DNA of 64,000 nucleotides. It comes from Podospora anserina (taxonomy: Eukaryota). Under the pieces are notes generated by a model. It had not been told where the DNA came from. It saw only the letters and a program-made list of their open reading frames with translations, and did no database searches. Both the position numbers and the translations under genes were made by a program. How positions within the stretch are numbered: position 1 is the stretch's first letter; each line of letters opens with the position of its first letter. Shown here in pieces: positions 37,108 to 49,175 of the stretch. Location of the stretch: assembly GCA_017654855.1 (NCBI GenBank), contig CM030337.1, positions 2,728,001 to 2,792,000 on the forward strand. The letters run 5' to 3'.

Positions 37108-38130
37108 TCACCCCACAACCTGCTGTCCGGTCTGCCCACCCCCTTGCGCATTAATCCCCTGCTGCTGCTGTTGATTCTCCTCCTTCTTCAACAACCTCTT
37201 CCGGTTATACAAATCCGTATTCAACACATTGACATACCCCCTCCTCCTAAGCTCCTCCTGAATCTGGCTCACCAACCTCCCCTCCCTCAACCAGCCGTCC
37301 ACCTCGGCGCTCACGAAATCCGGCAGCTTCCTCGCCCTCGGGTCGCTGGTGTCGGTGCTCGGTCCATGATTATGGACTTTATGTTCCTCGTTGGGGTAAT
37401 GCAGCACCCAGACGTCGGAATCCTTGGCTGTCTCGATGACCTCAAACTTGAAGAGACAGCCGCATTTCTTGGACGTTCTATCGGTAGTGGGCTTCCGCCT
37501 GCCTTCCTCTTTGGCCTTGACAAACACCGAGGGGTCGACGGGGGGTCGGTGGTGGCGGGCTTCGCCGCCACGGAAGCAGACCCAGCGGACTTTTCGCTTG
37601 CCGGTTACTTTTGCGCCGGCGATGCGCATGGAATAGCCTCGCGGGAGGGTCCAGGCGTCGAGGGTGGCTTGCATCGCGGCGCGGGAGTTGATGACGAAGT
37701 TGGGGGGTGGGGGTTCGAGGGGGATTATGGGTTGTTGGGGTTGTTGTGGGATGGCATGTTGCTGGTATGTGAAGTGTTGTTGCGGCTGCGTAGGTTGGGA
37801 TTGTTGACTTTGTTGTTGCTGCTGCTGTTGCTGTTGGGGTGGTTGTTGATGACCCCCCTGTGATAATGATCGCGGTGGTGGTGGAGGCGGCGGGCCGCCA
37901 GGGGCACCAGGAGCGGGTGGTCCCGCTGACGCCGGCGCACCGCCGCTGACTCCTCCTCCTGCCGGGACTTGGGCTGGGCCCCCACCACCGCTAGGTGCTG
38001 CACCACCACCAAAGTTTGGGTTCTGGCTGATCTTGAGGACAGCCTCGATGCGACTGAGGCGGCGGTCGATGGCAGTGAGGGAGTTGAACAAGGTGTTGAA
38101 CTGGCTGGGGGTCAGCGTGTTTGCTGCCAT
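37108..38130 (-). CDS. FAR1-like (Mutator-derived, WRKY/GCM1-type zinc finger) DNA-binding protein
   Basis: GYSMRI..VRWVCFRGG..RTSKKCGCLFKF..WVL..HNHGP pattern; Pro/Gln-rich N half; no transposase catalytic domain. Confidence 0.8.
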   Translation of the reverse strand: MAANTLTPSQFNTLFNSLTAIDRRLSRIEAVLKISQNPNFGGGAAPSGGGGPAQVPAGGGVSGGAPASAGPPAPGAPGGPPPPPPPRSLSQGGHQQPPQQQQQQQQQSQQSQPTQPQQHFTYQQHAIPQQPQQPIIPLEPPPPNFVINSRAAMQATLDAWTLPRGYSMRIAGAKVTGKRKVRWVCFRGGEARHHRPPVDPSVFVKAKEEGRRKPTTDRTSKKCGCLFKFEVIETAKDSDVWVLHYPNEEHKVHNHGPSTDTSDPRARKLPDFVSAEVDGWLREGRLVSQIQEELRRRGYVNVLNTDLYNRKRLLKKEENQQQQQGINAQGGGQTGQQVVG

Positions 38131-39629
38131 GGGTTCTCCAAAAGTACAGGGGATCCTGGCTGACAGAGAGCGATATTTTTGTTTGCGCCGCACTGTGTGT
38201 GTGTGTCTTTCCCCAGCTTTTTGGTGGTTTGTGTTGACAAAGTCCAGCCAGCCAACCGGGCGCCTGTCGGGTCGCGGAGAGTCCTGTGCGCTTCGCGCGC
38301 GTCACTCGGCTTCTGGTTTTTTTTTTTGGAAATGGTGAGGATATTGGAATAACAACAGACACGAGCCAAACAAACCAAGGCGAACAGGTTGCGCGCAAAA
38401 AAATAAAAAAATTCACATATCGCGGTTGGTGAGTGTCAGATCAGGGAAACGATGACGATGGGCCAAAGGTTGATAATGGGGATGGCTGAGAGCATCGGGT
38501 TCACGATTCTCGTCACGTGGTCTGCACGAATGAATGAGGCGGCGCTGCGGGAAAACAAATTGTGGGTGCCGCCCGATGCGGGGTTCGCGCCCAAATATTC
38601 AACCTCAGGCTTCTTTTCTACCCCTCTATTTTCTTTCTGCAGTGCAACCTATCACCATCTCACATCTCACAGACGCAAATGCGCTGCTCTTGCATAATCA
38701 GCTTTTGGCCAGCAGAGATAATCAGCTATCGTCTTGTTAGCAGCCATCGTAGAGGATCGTAACTTGGAAAGCGAACAAGTACTAATGCTGCCGGCGTACC
38801 AAAGTCGTGCATCTCTTCTCACGCAATTCTCTCAGACCTGAAATCCTAGAAACCAGACATGGACCCCCACCGGCCAGTGTGCACCTTAATGCCATAAATC
38901 TATCACGGTGTCTGAGATAGGGGGATGATAACTATCGATCGAAGTCTCAACACTCTTCTGGGTTGGCCATCTAGTCTGGGCAAGCAAAGTGGGTTCTGAA
39001 CGTTTCTTTTGGCCCCAGCCTGGTGTGAAGATTCGATTCCCAAACCATCAGCAGAGTACTAGCTGTTCAAGAAGTAGCTTCAGGAGAATGATGTGCTTCC
39101 CGAATTTCTGAGGTTATCCAAATCAAAACTACAGAATATTGTCATTTGCCCCAGGACTTGCTTTGGGAAGGTAATGCCCTACTTGATCTTTGTTTTCTCT
39201 CAAATGAGCAAACTCTCCAAGGAAGTCAGGAATCACCTGGTGTGCCGATTGTGTGTTCAATCAGTATCCCCCACTGGCATTACCTCATGGTTGCAACCCA
39301 GTGAGACAGTGGCAATCGGCCAGGCAACTCACCCTGCTATATTCGAACTTTACCAGTGCACCAACGGCAGACTTGGAGATGTTCGAGCCTGTGCTTGGGA
39401 GTAGGTTGGTAAGAAGAAGTGAAGAGGATTGGGGGAAGGGCGCGGTAGAGGAGGGGAAGGGATATGGGTTTACCGGAGGGGATAGACAAGTAATCATTGA
39501 AAGATGATAATGTAGGGATAGAATAGATGGCCGAGCTATTTCAGCAAGTTCAACGATCACGTAACAATGCCGTGCCTAGCCACACAACTCAAGGCCCTTT
39601 ATAGCCAGTTCCCAACCTCACATCAATCT

Positions 39630-40015
39630 CTTTAATCTCAGCAACATCTCCTCTTAGTCTGAGCTTTTACAGACTTAATCTTAGCTTTTAATAGTCTAAG
39701 CGCCGTCTAACCTTTAACTGTCTACTATATAAGCATAAGGGACTCTCTATCCCAACAGTAGTCCTCTCTAATCCTAGCCTCTGTCAGGATTTCTCAAGCA
39801 TTGCCCATTCACTATCCGAGCTTCCTGTTTGACACCCATGATACCTGCAACTATCCCAACTGAGCCAAGTCCAACTGCCAGGAGAAAAAGTGCTACCAAA
39901 AATAACATGCTGCCATGGCTGGTCTCTTTTAATACATGTATTAGAGTGGTGATTTTTATGCCAGTCCTGTGCTCATGGCTGACATGAAGAAGTGATGGCT
40001 GTGCGGTTGGTACTA
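39630..40015 (-). pseudogene. RIP-like degraded copy A of a local repeat (possible ankyrin gene relic)
   Basis: Shares cattgcccattcactatccgagc and cagtcctgtgctc...tgaagaagtga...gcggttggta with 50780-51000; TpA-rich with many stop codons. Confidence 0.6.
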
Positions 40016-42833
40016 AAGCTAGGCGTGTGGAATGGTGTTGTGAGAATTCTGGACAACAATAAACAGGCTGTTGAAAGACTTTGCTGCTCAAGGATACACA
40101 GTCGGTGTTGATCCCAAAAAGAATTCGCGATATACCTATGCAGGTGCCTGCCTGCCGTTTTTAGGGACTTTTATTGGATTGACAGTATGGGCTTGGCCCT
40201 GTGCGGAAATTCAAGCTGTAATAAAAGATTGAGTCGACTGATGGGGAGGAAAAGAAAAGGAGGTCCGTTGAGCGGGAGCGGACTTTTCTTAAATACATGT
40301 GGAAAAAGGACCGGCACCTTGCCGGGCCACCGACCTGTGGAAAAGCGTCCAGAAAAGCCGCCTTCATAGACACCGTAACCCCGTCTCTTTCAAGCCTTCA
40401 AACCACCCAATTATTTTACACAATTCCTTTCACCCATCTAGGCACAAACCGCGGGCAACCGAAGAACGAACGACATTCCATTTTTCAGTTCGAAACTTCC
40501 TGCCGTGATTCATCTTCCCGAGCTGGCCCTAGTGACCCAAAGGGCCTCAATGCGAACTTTCAAATCTGGGATATTTGAACCCGTGCTGGGCACTAGCACA
40601 GCAACATGATGTGGACCTGGGTTGGGGCCAAAGGGAACATTCTCGCCGTCTTGCGTCATCCATCATGGTAACTGCAAGCTTGCATCTTGGCTGGGGAAGG
40701 TGCGGTTTCTCACTTGGGAAAATTCACCCCAGGAAGGGCAAGGTACCTAGGTAAGTGCCGTTTGAGCAGGAGAGCGTTTTGTAGTTGCCCATTCGAGTAA
40801 CTGTCACTTTTGGACCATGTCCATTGGTTTGGGGTGCGGCCACAGGCCTGAGGGTATGAGTGAGGAAGTGGGGCTCTCGGAGGATTCGGGGGTTCAGGGG
40901 TCATGTATATAAACGGTCTGCTTCTGACATTCTATTCTAGACAGGGCATCGACTTTTATTTTTCTTCGTATTTTGTGCCTTGCACGCGTGCAGGCAATTC
41001 TGGCCCTCTGATCAGGCCAATCCGGTGCTTATTATGTGGCCTGCGAGCCCATAGTGTTTTTTCTTTGTCCTACGTGAAGTGCGGCCTGCGAGCGAGTCAC
41101 TGTCACGCAGGTGTGTTCATTCAGAGACCTGTTGAGGGTATATTTGTGGTGTTGTGGTTGTTTTGTGTGTTTTCTCACCATTTCACCATTGATGGGATTG
41201 GGCCGTGATGGGCTGACATGATTAGCTACCCACAAATGGTGGAGGCAATAGCAAACGCTGCGACAGGATTAAGGACAGCCATTGTGGCCTAGTCCTGTCC
41301 CTTGGATGTTTTTATTTATGGACGGATTTACATGGAAGATAGCAGTCTGCTGTACAAAAAGAGTTAGCCGTGGGCTAGGCTCAGTTAAAGGGGGCGGAGG
41401 CCGATTAAGATTGACATCAGGGCCCAAGATCGGCACGCCAGAAATATACGACTATTTGGATTCACAGGCTCCCGCTACGGAACACAACAACAACAACAAC
41501 AAGGCCACCATCGCCGAGCTTACTGCCGCGCCTGAGAGCGCCCACCTCGTCCTCGCGCGCTGCGCGTGCGGTGATCTCCACCGGTGTCCCAAACCCCCAA
41601 TTGACCTTGTACCGTAATTCATCCAAATTTGACTTACTACTTATCATAGCACTGTGCTGACTGAAGATTAGGCAAGAGCAAGGAATGATATTGGGGGGGA
41701 AGGATACAATGGGGACAGACCGCCGGCGGCGCTGGACGAGGTCGGCGCTTTTTCGGCAAGACGTTTTGGGTTGGCTGGCGTTTTTTCGCTCGCTCTGGCG
41801 ATTTGGGGCTGGGGTTGGGAGTCCGGGTGGTGATCGCGGAGGCGGTGGTGGTAGTAGTGCTTTTTTTTGGCGGACGTTTAGGGCTACGATCTTATATTTT
41901 TCCAATGCGCGGTGTGGGTGATGTAGCTTCTGCTGTGCCGCAGGCTAGGTTGCCTGACGTTATACAAAGGAATGATTAGATCACCGCTCTCTTACCTAGC
42001 CTTAGCAAGATACGGATGTAACGACCACGAGGATGATGAGAGCGATCGGTCAAAACGTACAGTCGATAGACAACAGCGATATGGTACCTAGATAGATTGT
42101 TTTTGTAGAGCTGGAAATAGATTATCGTGATAATGCGTAAACTGGGATCGCCGCCGGGTTTTATTTCTAAGTTTCAATGTTTATTTTCTGTTGGCGCTTA
42201 ACGGCCAAGCCTGAAGTGTTGGAAGATCGAGGGGGTGGATGTAGAGATACCATATGGAAATTCACCTCAGAATTTGGCAGAGAATTCTTCCAGAATCGAC
42301 ATCACATTTCCCTTGAATTGATTGTCTGCATGTTCAGAAGTTGCAGGTCTGCGTACGTTGGGCAGAGATTCGGCAGGAAAGGCATTCGATGCCTAGCCGT
42401 CGACCAACATGTGGTTTGCAGCGTGACGGAATTTTCCGTGGCTGACTTGCCACCTGACCCTGAGTTTTTTTTTACCTTGCCATTGCCCACGAAGTCGTTG
42501 AGATATTATCTGAAGTAGCGATGAAGGAACTCGAAGGAAACCAACCGGAGACTCTTGACGGCGCAAAGGGACTGTGACTAGAATTGATGATGGGGCTGAG
42601 GGTGTATCTTCTCCTGTCCCTACTTTAGAATGGCTAAAGGCTGGCCGAGTATCTTATAGTTGCTGGTGCGACTACCCGAGTTCTCGACTCCGCGGAATAC
42701 ATCGTGTTCAATGTCCAACAATATACCAAAAACACCCTCTCCGGTAACTGAAACAGTCATTGACCATCCTATAACCTGTCATCGGAGGATAGCATTGTAT
42801 GGCACTCGACATAACAAAAAATCCCTTGTCCAC

Positions 42834-44915
42834 TTACTCCAACACCACTCTCTCCTTCCTAGGCCCCGAGCATACAAAGTCCACTCCTGCCAAAGTATCA
42901 AGTGTGATGAATGTCTTCCTCCTGGCAACCCCTGAGCCAACTCCGCCAAATTCCAAAACAATCATGAAGACCTTCTGATATACCGGTCCATCCCTGCTGT
43001 TTCGGTAGGCAAACCTCTCAACGACCAAACACTCATATCCGCCAGAAGGAATCGTATTGCCGTGAATAAAATCTCGTTCTTTGATGTACCCCATCATCCT
43101 ATCTGTCCCAGGAAGCACAGCCTCGCTGAGTGGCTCAGTGCGTATCTCCAAACAAACTCGCCATCCTTCCACCTCGATCTGGGCCCCATTCACACCCAAG
43201 TACTGAATCTCCATGTCGCATGTCAAGTCACGAAATCGCATTCTTCTCTCCTCCCTGGACATCTGCAGCGCCTCATTGAGTGACACCTCCCCTTCCCAAC
43301 CGGCCCATGACCAGCTCGGAAATGCGCTTCTTCTCTTCGGCGTCCCGCCTTCGCAGAGATGCATCCACCCCAAGAACCGTGGAAAGGCTGCCAACGGAAG
43401 CCCCCAGACACACGCCGCAGCTGGAACGTTCTTCTCCAAGACCGCAATGATCCCGGCCAGCGCGTTGAGCGAATCCTCATCATTCGTCATCCGTCGAGCC
43501 GTATAGTCCATAATATAAGTCCAATACATGGAGCCGAGTAGATCATCAGGTGCCTGCTTCCACTGACTCAGTACCAACTCTACACTCTTCAAAATTCCCG
43601 GCATTGACTGGGGCCAGCTTGGCACAGTCTTTGTAATTTCCAGTGTTTCAGGCACCCTGTGCTCAGGACAGGCAAACTCGACCTGGGTGCTGGTGAAGAA
43701 GAGGTAACGGACTGAAAGCATCGATTCCTGTAGTGTCCATGCGCGTGTTGACCAAGTGGAGGCAGCGATCTCTTCCCCAACGGTTGGGGGAACGGTGAAG
43801 ACGGTGTGGCCTGCGATGGTCTCGCGCAATTGGTGAGTGCGGGGGCGGGCCACCCCGGGAAGGCCAGCATTAGAGTTGTTGCCTGCCACGGCAACGAGGG
43901 TGAGTGTGGCAGAGGAGTAGATCTGATCCATAATTCTGAGTTGCTTCTCCTTTTCTCTGCGTTGGATGGGAGTCGGGTTTGGGGTCTGATCGATGCAGAG
44001 GGCGTCGACCCAGAGATAGCGCCGACCAAGTCTACATGTGACGGCGATGGCGTCTTCGATCGTGTCGGGAAGCGTCTTGCCATCCAGAGCATCTGCGGCC
44101 GGCATGATGCCACCCCACACATAGCTGAGGGCAAAGTAGTCGCACCCGTCAGGATAGGGGACGACTTTACGGTCAATGACATCGATCATACGCGTGAGGG
44201 ACAGTTCCGGTGAGGCAGTGACCTGGCAGGTAGGTCCGTGATTCTTGATGCAGTCTTCCAATGCCCCCGAGAATCTTGAGAAGTCGACAAAGCGGTCAAG
44301 GTGTCTCGCATTGCCTGATCGTGTGGTTCCAGCAAGCGCAATCGACTCCCCAGTCCTATATCCAAAGCGGCGAACCTCGCCGCCCAGTGGCCGAGGTTCA
44401 CGTTCACTGATGATTGAGGTGCCCCCTGAATTGACACCAAGGAAAATGGCCGGGTTTGTTCTCAACTGCGCTGGAAACGAGTTCCACCCCCCTCGTTGGA
44501 CGTAGGACCGGAATGGTACGAGCTTGAGCATGACATCAGTGGTTCCAAGGCCTACTCTGGGGAAGATTCGAAAAATCAAGCGACAGAGCGGGCAGGATGG
44601 GGACAGTACCAGCGATGCCAGTTCGCCGAAATCCATCTCGTACTGCCGACTTGAGTGGCGGTAGTCGAGCGTGTGGTACTCAGGCTTGGAATTGTCCAAG
44701 GGGTTTGAGTCCTTGAAAACCCGAACAATGTCGAAGGCGGCACATCGTTGGCAAAGTGCGCTGGGTTGTTGCTGGAGTCCAAGGATGAGTGCCTCCTCAT
44801 GGGCTCGCAGAGGGGCAATCAGCTCGATGGCTTTTGACGTCGGAAGCGCAGCGCAGGGTTGGGAGATGGGCTCCACAGAGCGGCAAAAAACACAGAGCTT
44901 GGTTGGGGTTGCCAT
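42834..44915 (-). CDS. HET-domain (heterokaryon incompatibility) protein
   Basis: YFALSYVWG, LPDTIEDAI, RYLWVDALCIDQ, MDQIYSSATLTLVA, WSTRAWTLQE, FPSWSWAGW; N-terminal CxxC motifs. Likely ATG at 44915. Confidence 0.93.
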   Translation of the reverse strand: MATPTKLCVFCRSVEPISQPCAALPTSKAIELIAPLRAHEEALILGLQQQPSALCQRCAAFDIVRVFKDSNPLDNSKPEYHTLDYRHSSRQYEMDFGELASLVLSPSCPLCRLIFRIFPRVGLGTTDVMLKLVPFRSYVQRGGWNSFPAQLRTNPAIFLGVNSGGTSIISEREPRPLGGEVRRFGYRTGESIALAGTTRSGNARHLDRFVDFSRFSGALEDCIKNHGPTCQVTASPELSLTRMIDVIDRKVVPYPDGCDYFALSYVWGGIMPAADALDGKTLPDTIEDAIAVTCRLGRRYLWVDALCIDQTPNPTPIQRREKEKQLRIMDQIYSSATLTLVAVAGNNSNAGLPGVARPRTHQLRETIAGHTVFTVPPTVGEEIAASTWSTRAWTLQESMLSVRYLFFTSTQVEFACPEHRVPETLEITKTVPSWPQSMPGILKSVELVLSQWKQAPDDLLGSMYWTYIMDYTARRMTNDEDSLNALAGIIAVLEKNVPAAACVWGLPLAAFPRFLGWMHLCEGGTPKRRSAFPSWSWAGWEGEVSLNEALQMSREERRMRFRDLTCDMEIQYLGVNGAQIEVEGWRVCLEIRTEPLSEAVLPGTDRMMGYIKERDFIHGNTIPSGGYECLVVERFAYRNSRDGPVYQKVFMIVLEFGGVGSGVARRKTFITLDTLAGVDFVCSGPRKERVVLE

Positions 44916-45356
44916 CTTGATTTCGGCGCGGTGTAGAGTCGTGGCTGTGTGGATCTGCTCCTTCCTGCTGAAGGTAAGGTAGGAGGTATCTTGATCATCT
45001 CCGTTCAGCCACGGATGGTAAAAGAAAGCGCGGTGGCACGAGGTTGCCCGAGAGTTCCCCGCAACTGGGAGTGTCAAATCAAGAAGCAGCAACGGCAGCC
45101 TCGTCACGCAGCGCGAACCGGAATCTTGCTGCTGCCCCCATTTGGTTGTGTTATGGTTGCCAGAACTGACAGATTGAGGCTATACCTCTCTCATTCTTTC
45201 CTCATACGTTCTCACCAATTTCAACCATGCTAAAATGATTTCTCCCCGTCAAACCCGAACTTGTTTCCCTTCCCTTCGACACCCGTTCCTCCAGCGTCCT
45301 CTCCAGTAGCGATATTCGCCACGCCCCTAGAGTCTCAAGCATCAGCGTACCTCAAC

Positions 45357-46083
45357 ATGTCAGAAAATATTCCCAATAGACTCTGGCTCATGACTCCAGC
45401 GAGACGATCGGCCCTGGAAACTTCCTGTCCCAACCTCTTGGCTGCCTTTGACGCGGGCTTCCTTCACATCGCAACGATACATCACCAGAGCACTGTAGGC
45501 AAACATTTTTGTCTGTGTCATTCTTTTCTCATGTGTGCTGACACCCCTGGAAGAGCGACCTGCAAGACTTGGTTCCTTATACTGAAAACGGGAGTGAGAC
45601 GATCGCAATTTTCCTTTACAATCACGACGCCTACTTCAGCCATGACACTGGTGACGCTAGTCTCATGTTGGTGGCTGCCCCCGGCTTTATGCTTCATGCG
45701 ACCATAAGAGACGGCGCCATACATCCGCAACCACGGCTGGATCCGAGTCGTATGCCTTTCCACACAATTCCTCATTGGCCTTTGGCTCAGTGGACATATA
45801 TACTGACGAAAACGCCTACTTAGTGTCGATTGGGGCGGTTTGCAGGACGATCGATTTTGGTGACTGTGGCGCCGCCTGTGTGATTGTGGATAGGAATGGT
45901 CTCAACGAACTCCCTTGTGAGCTGGTAGAGATTGCGGTGTTGGATTTGAGGCCCGGGGCACGAGGACGTACCTGGCGACGGGCTCTGGCTGCACGTCTGA
46001 GCTTGAGGGCACGAGGACGCACCAGGCGAGGAGGACGCACCAGGCGACGGACTCTGGCTGCACGTCTGAGCCGGCCAGCGTGA
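45357..46083 (+). CDS. Three-exon orphan (about 197 aa) with a repeated Arg-rich C-terminal tail
   Basis: Exons 45357-45494, 45554-45749, 45824-46083 join in frame. Both introns have GT donors, CTGAC branch sites and AG acceptors. Confidence 0.7.
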
Positions 46084-46522
46084 CCATGCAGGCGGGTGCC
46101 ATTTGTTAGCGTTGGGGTAGAGGCATGGGTATATGTTTTCAAGCGTAGTATATTGATAATGAGCACCCTTTGTCAAACCTTGGCTGCCTTGAAATTGCCA
46201 TGTGAGGCCTCTTGGCTGGGTAATTTTCAACTTTCCAAGACTTAGGTCACGATGTGGTTAAGCTACCTGAAACTATGCAATGCAGTGAGGCCTGCCAGGC
46301 ATGGATGTTGTGCAACCTGAAGTGTTTATCTCGAATCAAAACGCAGCAGGAGCGAAAGCAGCAAATGAATGAAAGGCATCCGTTTGCTGCTTGACACGTG
46401 TGTCGTTTGCTCTTTCCTTTTTAAAAATGTCCCAAAATATCAGTCATCGTCCCACCACAACACCGAGGCATCCAGCATCAGACCATTGGCGATTTCAACA
46501 CGAAGACTGTACACATCGAGAA

Positions 46523-46966
46523 ATGGCTGCCCACATCAAGAACGCCGTGGGAATGGTAGCCCGCAATCCGGGGACTGCCGCCGTCGCTGGGGTTGTTACT
46601 GTCGGTGCAGTTGCGCTTGCTGCTCCGCTTGCGATTGCTGCGCCGGTTCTGGCTGCTGTTGGGTTTACTGCTGAGGGCGTTGCTGCTAGTATGTTTGCAC
46701 TTTTGAGTTGCCTTCTTCCAGCATAAACACCCCGTTGTGAGCACAGCTAACGAACGCTGTGATTTATAGCTTCCATCGCCGCCGGGATCCAAGCTGGCAT
46801 CGGAAACGTCGTCGGAGGTAGCGTGTTCGCCATTTGCCAGAGCGCTGCTGCTGGAGGAGCTGGAGCGGCGGCTGTTACGACTGGTACACAGGTTGTTGGG
46901 GGGATTGCTGCTGCGGGGGCTGCGTTGGGCAAGTTCCTCTGGGGAAGGGGGCGAGAGAGAGAATGA
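46523..46966 (+). CDS. ISG12/IFI6-IFI27-like (Ifi-6-16 family) small hydrophobic protein
   Basis: Exons 46523-46688 and 46770-46966 give LAAVGFTAEGVAATSIAAGIQAGIGNVVGGSVFAICQSAAAGG, the ISG12 motif. Confidence 0.85.
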
Positions 46967-47475
46967 ATGCGGGTGGGAGGATATGCTGGTTGTTGCTGAG
47001 GAAGATGACGTGCTGAGATTGTGAACTGGTATGGGTTATGGATTACATTTGATGGCAGGGAACGGATATGAATTTTGATGTTGCACTTGGTTTGGAAGCA
47101 GGTACGAGATCTCTCCCAAACGTGAACTTATTCCCACTTCCACGCATATGCACTTCGTCTGATCTCATATCCTCGCCTGTGCACCACTTTTGTTCTCACA
47201 TCGCCCAGCACAATCGACCAGGCAGGATTGGTTTATGATCGCATAGACCGGGTACTTTTCGGACACAATGAAAGTGTGCGGCCACCAATCAATCATAGCA
47301 TCATGTTCTAACGTCCAACGACGGACACATTTCGGCAACATTATGTACACAGTCACAACAGCCTCAATCGCCCATAAAAGACTGCTACTCATCTGCTCGA
47401 GATGAAATGATTCATCTCAATCATTTACTATCACCATCCACATTTTACAGTTGCAATAGTAGCGAAGAAAACATC

Positions 47476-48522
47476 ATGTCCGCCCAAGCTGCCATCCACA
47501 AAGCCGCGAAAGAGCTCAGCAAGCTCTTTGAAACCATCGACAAAACCGCCTCCTCTGCCACTGCATCTTGGGAGGATGTCCTCCTCGACAACGCACGCCG
47601 AGTCAGCACCCCACTTGTTATCCAGATGCTCACCCAGATGGGCATTGACTTGTATGGAACCAAATCGGTCGCCCCATTCAGGCTGTTTGAAAATGCCTGT
47701 GGAGCAGGTGTCGTGGCTCCTGTGCTTCAAAGGACTATCAAGCCAGATGTCTTGGCCAAGAGCAGCATTCTGTGCGGCGACTTCTCCACCCCTTGTATTG
47801 GGCTGATTGAGAAGAGGATCAAGGAGGAGGGGTGGGTGAATACTGAGGTGGGGAGAATCGATGCCCAGGTCCGTGTTTCCAATGTCTTCACAGATTTAAA
47901 CACTTGCTGATGGGGTAGTGATCCCTTGAAAAGAAAACGAAACTGCCATCGGCAAGCTTCGACTATGTGACGACCAATATTGGGTTCCATGTCGTCCCTG
48001 ACTCGGAAGCGGCTCTCGATGGTCAGTGAGAGTCCCTTGCCCCGTTCCCCGAACTACTTTGCTAACCCTCGCAAAGAAACCATCCGCATTCTCAAGCCGG
48101 GCGGTGTTCTTGGCTTCACCACCTGGCACCTCCCCCCAACCTGGGTCAACGACATCCGAGAAGCCTTTGCATCTTTCCCCTTTGAGGCACCATACACCTG
48201 GGCCCTGCAGATGACGGCCTGGGGTAAATGGTCTGATGTCTACTGGGTCCGGAAAACGCTCGCTGCCAAGGGGCTGGAGGATGTCAATGTTGATATCTAT
48301 GCTCACCTTAGCAAGGTGGACAACGCCGAGTATTTCGTCGGCCAGTTTGCCATGATGCTCGACTGGATTATGGATAGCGCTTGGAGTGGGGAGTTGAGGA
48401 AGGCGCACCCGAGGGAGGAGGTGCAGGGGTTGGTGAAGAACTATCTGGAGGAGAAGTACGAGGGTGGATCGTGGGATGTCAGTTGGGTCTCGGTCATTGC
48501 TAGCGCAAGGAGGCCTTTGTAG
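47476..48522 (+). CDS. Class I SAM-dependent methyltransferase
   Basis: Three exons. LFENACGAGVV, ILCGDFS, IDAQ, FDYVTTNIG, RILKPGGVLGFTTW. Confidence 0.88.
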
Positions 48523-49029
48523 TAGACCTTTGGGTCTATTAAACTCCTCGTGCAATGGACCTTGAAGATGTTGGGAAGCATCAAGCCCTAGATGAGGTCA
48601 GAAGGCCATGACAGGAAGCTCGGATGGTGAAGGGGAAATGCTTGGAGAGATCCTAGTAGAAGCCAGGACCATAAAAGACTACTGTTGGGATAGATGATCT
48701 CTCAAGCTTAGACGGTGGACCGTGAAAGCTAAGACTAATTCTTTCGTATACTATAACGCATATTATGATTGCTATGCGAGGTATCCAGCCATAGCGTCTC
48801 AACCTAGCATCATAAATTGGCTACACACCCAGCCTTCTTCAACTCCGTCATTATCAACCTACCAGCCCCACAATCCCCAGGCATCAGTACTGCAATTGTA
48901 GATGAGCGCCACCCTTTGACATTACATACTGTACATGAGGCTGAAATAAGCATACCATTCACCCGTCGTTACCGTCCCATTCAGTTGGACAGGCTGAGCA
49001 GACTGAACCTGAGATCCCCACCAATTTCC

Positions 49030-49175
49030 AGCAAGCCGTCCAGTTACCATTGATACCACCACGCGGAGGATCACTGGTCCTACACCTCCAGCCGTGGTGT
49101 TTTGGAGGATGACAAAGACAGCGCCAGCGGCAACGTTGCTGATAAAAAGTTGGGGTGCTGCTGCTTGTGGTCCTG
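49030..49175 (-). pseudogene. Relic of a second ISG12-like gene (second-exon equivalent)
   Basis: AAAPQLFISNVAAGAVFVILQNTTAGGVG resembles AAGIQAGIGNVVGGSVFAICQSAAAGGAG; the first half of the motif is absent. Confidence 0.5.

Noticed and set aside
45957..46075. CRISPR-like appearance of spaced repeats
   Set aside because: Eukaryotic DNA, only 2-3 degenerate units, inside a coding exon.
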